41,714 bases of DNA from NCBI GenBank assembly GCA_018663485.1, contig JABJQI010000180.1, forward strand, positions 1 to 41,714, written 5' to 3'. Shown here one piece after another: positions 36,287 through 41,714 of this stretch. The notes beneath the pieces were generated by a model. It saw only the letters and a program-made list of their open reading frames with translations. It did not search any database and had not been told where the DNA came from. Origin of the DNA: Opitutia bacterium. Its GTDB lineage: Bacteria > Verrucomicrobiota > Verrucomicrobiia > Opitutales > Coraliomargaritaceae. The position numbers were made by a program, and so were the translations under genes. The first letter of the stretch is position 1. Each line of letters opens with the position of its first letter.

Positions 36287-38986
36287 TCAATTTTGTTTGA
36301 GTCCCGGAATGAAGTTTCGCGGATCGTAGCTTAAGCGGATTTTCTGATCGTGTATGGATCCTTTGAGGTCAAACAATAGTAGGTTCGGCAGAGGTGAGGA
36401 GATCAGTTTACGGAAGGTGTTTATAGTGGATCCTGGCTTGCCTATGTTTTCAAGCAGCCTGACGTGTACATCCATGTTGAGTGCTTGATCTGGAATATGC
36501 ATTGTGCCCTGCGACCAAATCTTGGTGCGAGGGCCTTCGATAATCAATTCAGAGAAGTTGACCATTTCTTGTTCAATTGTGAATTGGGCAGTCATTTGGT
36601 CGAGGCTGAATGAGGTGAAACTGAGGCGTGTGTTTTTTAGCAAGTTGGATAGCGGTCCAAGCAGTTGAATCGATCCGAGTTGTTCGTTGGTAGTTGCGAA
36701 GTCTCCGTGTCCGTTAAATGCATACAAATTATCCAATGGGCCTTGAGCGTGTAGATTCAAGTCCAGTTTTCCATCACTGCGGGATGCTTCGTCTGCTTCA
36801 GATTGGGTCTGTGTTAGGTGAGTTTCAATACCGTCGAAAATTGGTAGGTTTTCAATGGCCTTTGCTTGATTAGCATCACGGAGGTTTAGCTTGATACGCA
36901 ATTGGTTGCCGTCGTTGGGAGTGTTTTCGATGTCGACCCGCGCGGTGCCATTCCCGTCGGCATATCCGAATTCTAGATCTCTAAGGTAGATCGCTTTTTT
37001 GCGGCTGTGGAGCTTGAATTTTAGGTGGTCGAGTGGTGTCTTTCTGAAGGTAATCGGCGTGCGTATGTCAGCGTCTAGGTGGAAGGTATCTTTGTCTGCG
37101 TATTGAGGATAGGCATCGTTGAATGTGACTCCGTCGAGTTTGACTCGGGGTAGTTTGGTGACTTCGAAATCACTGATGATAGCGGCAATCGTACCGCCGA
37201 ATATTTTCGAGGCGATGTCGAGGGGCATCAATGAATCGAGGTGGTAGCGAACCGAGAGCGGGCCATTGTCAGGGGTTTTCCCAGAGGTGAAGCTGATATT
37301 GCCTTTCACCCAACCGTCGCCGGTTGCAGCGTTGATGTTGTGCAGTTCGACGTACTTGCCGCGACCTCGAACGATCAATTCGCCTTGGTCGATCAGCGCG
37401 CCACGGTAGGCTGTGTGGTGGGCTACCGCATGGCCGTAGAAGAATACCTCAGGGGTAGGATCGCTGCAGCCATAAATAATGAAGTCCCCGTAACTATATG
37501 TCGCTTGGCTAAAGTCGATGTCTTTGAATATTTTAGACCACCATTTCGGGAGCAGTGGGCTGTATTGTTCGGGGAGCGCAGAGCCAAGTAGAGTTATTCT
37601 AAAGTCATTGGATGTGTTGTCCCGGCTGAAGGTCGCATCAATCCATTGTTTGCCGCGTTCAATGAGCATGTTGTCTAGCTTGAAAAGGTCATCCTGATAG
37701 CTACCTGCAGCGTGAATACTATCGAATGTCAGCCCGTTAGCAGTGATGTCATTTACATCGATGCTGAAGGTAGCGCTATTCAGCTTAAGACCGTCGTCGA
37801 GAGTGACTGCGAGGCTGTAGTGTGGCGTCGATCCAAATTCGAGTGTCGGCAGCTTTGTGAGTGCGGATGCTGGTAAAAATGTGAATATATCAATGCTGCC
37901 GTCGGCGTGTATCTGGCCACTTTTAGTAGCACTGTTGAGCTTCCCTTTGAATGCGACAGCACCTTTGAGTCCATTGGTAGAGCCGGTGAATTGTAGTTCT
38001 GGGTAGTTCGCTGGAGAAATGATGGCTTGGGAGCACTCTAGCTCGATCCCATGTGTGCTAGCTGATTGTGCGCTGATGGCAAATTCGGGCCAGATGCCAT
38101 TCATTAGGCCTGTCCATTGGTCGGTGGCGACGTGTGCGGTTATTTGCTCGGCCGCAAAGTTGAACTTAGGGACGTCGATTTTTTTCGCCTGAAGCATTAG
38201 CGGAACCAAAGGTGTGATTACCTCATTTTGTAATTTCAATTTAGTCTGAAAGTTGAAGTCCGTCCCGGTCGCGTAGGTATGCTCTAAGTGTTCGCATGAC
38301 AAGTGAATCGACAGGTCCAGCGAGTCGTCGTCCCGTGCGCTTAAGGCGAATTCTAAAGTCGGTTGTATGAAGGCTGAAAAGTGTTCTTTTTCTTTAAGGA
38401 AGACGGCAATGAGTTTGTAGAATCGTTCAATCGTAGGCTTTTCAGTGCTGCTGACAGTTTTGAGAGGCCAGTCAATGGAACCGCGCAGGCGAATGTCTGC
38501 GTGCTGAGCAGCAAATGAATCAACTCGCACTATGCCTTCGCTGAGGTTGATGTGAAAAGTGACACGCTCAAGTATTGTGGTACGATTGCCGTCAGGCGAG
38601 TAAATCGCTGGCATTTGTAGGGTCCCATTAGAGAGGGCGATCGCAATTGGATTGAATCGATAGGCGCCTTCATTACCCAGAGTGTATTGAATTGTGGTAC
38701 TGTCGGCCGTCACTATCGGATCGCTCATCTCGCTGTGATAGACTTGCAGCTTCGTTAATTCGATTTCACCATTTAGCTTTAGTCGGAAGCTTTCTGCTTG
38801 GATGTAGAAGCCGTCGATTTTTTGCTCTAAGAGCGTATCATTTAGCCATTGTGTGGGGATAGGCACATAGCCGTAAATCCAAAGGCAGCCGGCAACAAAG
38901 GCTTGTGCTGAAAACAATATTAGCAGCAATAGGTCGAGGCAGGGTTCTATGAATAGAAATCCTTTTGCTCTAATTTTCCCCCACAT
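36287..38986 (-). CDS. AsmA-like (AsmA C-terminal region) large beta-rich envelope protein
   Basis: N-terminal TM anchor, about 850 aa of beta-rich sequence, C-terminus resembling AsmA_2 (F......F.I....V....L.I.G......G.......LNM......L.G...D). Confidence 0.7.
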   Translation of the reverse strand: MWGKIRAKGFLFIEPCLDLLLLILFSAQAFVAGCLWIYGYVPIPTQWLNDTLLEQKIDGFYIQAESFRLKLNGEIELTKLQVYHSEMSDPIVTADSTTIQYTLGNEGAYRFNPIAIALSNGTLQMPAIYSPDGNRTTILERVTFHINLSEGIVRVDSFAAQHADIRLRGSIDWPLKTVSSTEKPTIERFYKLIAVFLKEKEHFSAFIQPTLEFALSARDDDSLDLSIHLSCEHLEHTYATGTDFNFQTKLKLQNEVITPLVPLMLQAKKIDVPKFNFAAEQITAHVATDQWTGLMNGIWPEFAISAQSASTHGIELECSQAIISPANYPELQFTGSTNGLKGAVAFKGKLNSATKSGQIHADGSIDIFTFLPASALTKLPTLEFGSTPHYSLAVTLDDGLKLNSATFSIDVNDITANGLTFDSIHAAGSYQDDLFKLDNMLIERGKQWIDATFSRDNTSNDFRITLLGSALPEQYSPLLPKWWSKIFKDIDFSQATYSYGDFIIYGCSDPTPEVFFYGHAVAHHTAYRGALIDQGELIVRGRGKYVELHNINAATGDGWVKGNISFTSGKTPDNGPLSVRYHLDSLMPLDIASKIFGGTIAAIISDFEVTKLPRVKLDGVTFNDAYPQYADKDTFHLDADIRTPITFRKTPLDHLKFKLHSRKKAIYLRDLEFGYADGNGTARVDIENTPNDGNQLRIKLNLRDANQAKAIENLPIFDGIETHLTQTQSEADEASRSDGKLDLNLHAQGPLDNLYAFNGHGDFATTNEQLGSIQLLGPLSNLLKNTRLSFTSFSLDQMTAQFTIEQEMVNFSELIIEGPRTKIWSQGTMHIPDQALNMDVHVRLLENIGKPGSTINTFRKLISSPLPNLLLFDLKGSIHDQKIRLSYDPRNFIPGLKQN

Positions 38987-39006
38987 AACGATCTGTTCGA
39001 AATCAA

Positions 39007-40971
39007 TTATGGTGCCGAAGTGGAGCCGAATGGGCTGATGGGCTCGGGTACAGGGGTAATCGACGCTTGATCAGGGATCGGTTGGTTTAAAGCTTCGGGA
39101 GGAGGCCGCATGTCATCAGTTAGAGTGTAGAGCGCATCAAGAGTAATTTGTGGGACCTCGAAAATTACATTGTGCAGACTTGATGCACCGACTTGGACGG
39201 TTCCTGAGAAGCGCTTAGCAAATACGTAGCTGCGTGTGTCGCTGCGGTCTGTTTCGTCACCAGGGAGTAGAATCTCTGCGCTGAGTCGATAGAGCCATGG
39301 TCGTGTCGTCTCGCTGTCGAGTGAATAGGCCTCTTGGTATTCATCGACCAAATACGTTTTTACTTTAAATTGCCGAATGGCTTCTAGCAAAATAAGGATC
39401 GCTTCTCGTTGTGCCTCATCGGTATCGCTGAGCGCGTTTAACCAAATTAGGTCTTGGCCCTTGTGTGTGTGCGTGAAAATGACTTGGCCAGTCAATAGAT
39501 TTTCAAGTTGAATACTTTTGATTTTAGCGGCTTCAGGCAAGGTCTCTAGTGTGCGCTTGCGGTAGTAGGCGGCATTGAGCGGTATGCTTTGCAGCGTGGG
39601 TCGACGATCGACGGTGTAGATATATTCTGCTTTATCGCTGCGGGCGTAGAGTTTTTCGTTTTCGCTTTCCGGATGCGCGAACTGAAGAGTGGTCTGCTCG
39701 TCGCCGAGTGACAGTTTGACGTGTCGTCGTGGGGTGTTGAAGCCGAGGCGGTCAAGGTCGGTCGGAGTCGGCGAGTCGACTGCGAAACTGCTGGCGCGTA
39801 GGTTTTTTAAATCGTCGATTAATTTAGTAATTATCGCGGGGTCGGCGTGACGTGGCTGGATGTCGGACTCGGCAGTACTTTCGATCACTTGCCAGCCACC
39901 GGTTTCAAGTTTTTGAAGGCGGATCTGGAGATCGCCTTCGGAAAGTTCAATTGAAGTAAGTGCCGCCGAGTCGAAACTCATAAAGCTACGTTCGCGTAGT
40001 CCTTCTTGAGCTTCGCGAAGCTTGTCGAAGGGTGTAGCCGCGACGGTGAACACTGTCGGGTTGTCTTCGATTCGCGCAAAATAAGCGGAGAGTCCCTCGA
40101 TCCTTGGCGTGGGTACCTGATTGCCGATAAGAAGTGTTTGTTGACGTTTGTTGCCGTGCAATGTAACGCGCATTGTTGGGTTTTCTAAGCCCTGCAGAAT
40201 AGGATCGCTCGCTACCTGCTCCTTAAATTCGATGACTTTGGCAGCCGTGAGGGTATTGATAGTGTTGGCAACTTGAGTGGCATCGGCCTCGGCGGTGAGG
40301 GGGGCTTCAAAGATCCAGCCGTTATTGGTCCGCGCGACGCGAACTCTGAAATCGGCATTGCTGACTGCCTCTGGTGCGCGAATCTGTAGGCTGAGTGCGT
40401 CGATTTCAAAGACGGGAATGTTAAAGATCTCGCGATTGCGGAGATCGCCGAGATCGACCAGTAGGCTTTCAATCACTTGGCTGCTGACGACAAAGACGTC
40501 TTTCTTGCTGGGGCCGAGTAAGTAGAAATTGTTGCCGATTTCCGTAGCTGTGCCGACGCTCAGTTCGATGGATTCGTCTTCATGGGAGATTGTGAGGTGT
40601 AGCTGGGGCTCCTCGAGGCCGTAGTCAGCCAGGGTCTGGCCAGTTTGTTTAATTTCGGCGACTGAGAAGGATGCGTCTTCTTCGAGAAACTGTAGCTGGT
40701 TGAGCATACGGTTAATCGCAAAGTAGTTTGCAGGCCATTGCATCGGCGCAGTTATTTTCCAAGATGAGCCATCATGTTCAAGAATGCGTGGTGTATCGAG
40801 ACCTTTACCGTTGAGTTCGATGCGGTCGGCTTCGATGACTTCGCGGCCGATCATTGCGGAAAGTCCTCCGCTTCGTGAATTGGCTTGTTCGGTCTTTTTA
40901 TTGAGTGATAAGATCAGCCCAAAGGTAATGACATTGAGGGTGAGTAGAAAAATTGTGAATTTGAATCGCAT
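39007..40971 (-). CDS. DUF4340 domain-containing protein
   Basis: N-terminal TM; repeated W....P...A / YGLEEP, QGLENP, LGFNTP modules; follows a GldG-like gene. Confidence 0.85.
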   Translation of the reverse strand: MRFKFTIFLLTLNVITFGLILSLNKKTEQANSRSGGLSAMIGREVIEADRIELNGKGLDTPRILEHDGSSWKITAPMQWPANYFAINRMLNQLQFLEEDASFSVAEIKQTGQTLADYGLEEPQLHLTISHEDESIELSVGTATEIGNNFYLLGPSKKDVFVVSSQVIESLLVDLGDLRNREIFNIPVFEIDALSLQIRAPEAVSNADFRVRVARTNNGWIFEAPLTAEADATQVANTINTLTAAKVIEFKEQVASDPILQGLENPTMRVTLHGNKRQQTLLIGNQVPTPRIEGLSAYFARIEDNPTVFTVAATPFDKLREAQEGLRERSFMSFDSAALTSIELSEGDLQIRLQKLETGGWQVIESTAESDIQPRHADPAIITKLIDDLKNLRASSFAVDSPTPTDLDRLGFNTPRRHVKLSLGDEQTTLQFAHPESENEKLYARSDKAEYIYTVDRRPTLQSIPLNAAYYRKRTLETLPEAAKIKSIQLENLLTGQVIFTHTHKGQDLIWLNALSDTDEAQREAILILLEAIRQFKVKTYLVDEYQEAYSLDSETTRPWLYRLSAEILLPGDETDRSDTRSYVFAKRFSGTVQVGASSLHNVIFEVPQITLDALYTLTDDMRPPPEALNQPIPDQASITPVPEPISPFGSTSAP

Positions 40972-40976
40972 CAGAT

Positions 40977-41714
40977 TTAGTGGCGTCGAATGAAAAATAC
41001 GAGGAGTCCGAAAGCAGCAGTGATGGCGGGAATGCCAGCAAAGTAGGTGAGCATGCGCTGCAAGTCGCTTTCGCTCATTACGATTTGATAGCTTTCTAGT
41101 CGGCGTGTCGGAATGTTCAGTAGACTGGTGCGGTCGAGTGACCAGTTGATCGAATTGATCAATAAGGTGTGGTTTCCGAAGGCGCGCAGGCGGTTATTTG
41201 CGATGAAGTCGGAGTTGCCGAAAACGACCATACGGCCACCTGGAATTGTAATGCCGAGCTCGGTTCCTGAATTACGAGAGGATACGGTCGCGATACTGAC
41301 TGGGCCTTTTTGGTCTCGTTTGGGATTAAATGCCGCTGGGTTCTGTGTGCGGTAGTCTCGCTCGGCCCAACTCTGATCAGAGGTGCCGATGAGTTGATAT
41401 ACCTGTAGGCGGCTGTCATTGGCAGATGTTGGATCGACGCGCACGGAGCGAGGTTGACCAAAGAGTGTGGTAATTTGATAGTCTATGAGCAGCTGCGTGA
41501 TGGGGTGCTCGGCGAAGCGGCGTATGATCAAGTCACCGCCTTGGGCGCGAAAATCCGTACCAGTGTCGATTACGGCGGTGTCCTCGACCAGCACGCCCCA
41601 ATCGAAGAACAGTTCATCCATTCCGTGGCGACGTGCTGGGTCGATCAGCGTGATCATGCGTCCGTTGCTGTCGTTCATGTAGCGGCGCAGTTTTTCGACT
41701 TCTTCGGGCAGCAA
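40977..41714 (-). CDS. GldG-family / ABC-type uncharacterized transport auxiliary protein, C-terminal part (5' end outside the window)
   Basis: E...L..Y....GR....IDP, HPIT, GP..IA, GRMVVFGNSDF..N, GN..L..NSINW, C-terminal TM ending in RRH. Confidence 0.85.
   Translation of the reverse strand: MLPEEVEKLRRYMNDSNGRMITLIDPARRHGMDELFFDWGVLVEDTAVIDTGTDFRAQGGDLIIRRFAEHPITQLLIDYQITTLFGQPRSVRVDPTSANDSRLQVYQLIGTSDQSWAERDYRTQNPAAFNPKRDQKGPVSIATVSSRNSGTELGITIPGGRMVVFGNSDFIANNRLRAFGNHTLLINSINWSLDRTSLLNIPTRRLESYQIVMSESDLQRMLTYFAGIPAITAAFGLLVFFIRRH

Noticed and set aside
39040-39051. VPEP motif near the DUF4340 C-terminus as a PEP-CTERM sorting signal
   Set aside because: Not followed by a transmembrane helix and basic cluster; it is part of a Pro-rich tail.
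328-41682. Numerous short antisense or alternate-frame ORFs in the track (e.g. 30633-31307, 33577-34158, 8966-9433)
   Set aside because: They are shadows of well-supported genes, with no recognisable motifs.

Overview
Gene-dense bacterial chromosomal segment of mostly housekeeping genes. Protein style, exosortase/EPS-export genes, a UAP-type pyrophosphorylase and Shine-Dalgarno-less AT-rich starts suggest Verrucomicrobiota (Opitutales/Coraliomargarita-like); this is inference. Content in order: partial LOG-family gene, smc, secreted hypothetical, exosortase, HAD hydrolase, dnaE, DUF2071 + fabZ-like, lipoate ligase, RmlD-like SDR, hisC, CNNM/CorC protein, TPR protein divergent from a beta-barrel/wza/wzc polysaccharide export operon, sua5, stand-alone rpsR, recQ, tRNA-Arg(CCT) with a duplicated 3' end and a REP doublet, ExeA/GspB-like pair, ftsB, UDP-sugar pyrophosphorylase, phosphohexomutase, nitroreductase, photolyase operon, and a GldG-like/DUF4340/AsmA-like operon. 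No transposase, integrase, prophage or CRISPR array was seen. The most striking signal is non-coding: just upstream of rpsR (bS18), where a Shine-Dalgarno sequence would sit, there is a 22/25-nt match to the 3' end of 16S rRNA (helix-45 3' strand plus anti-SD), a candidate rRNA-mimic regulatory leader.
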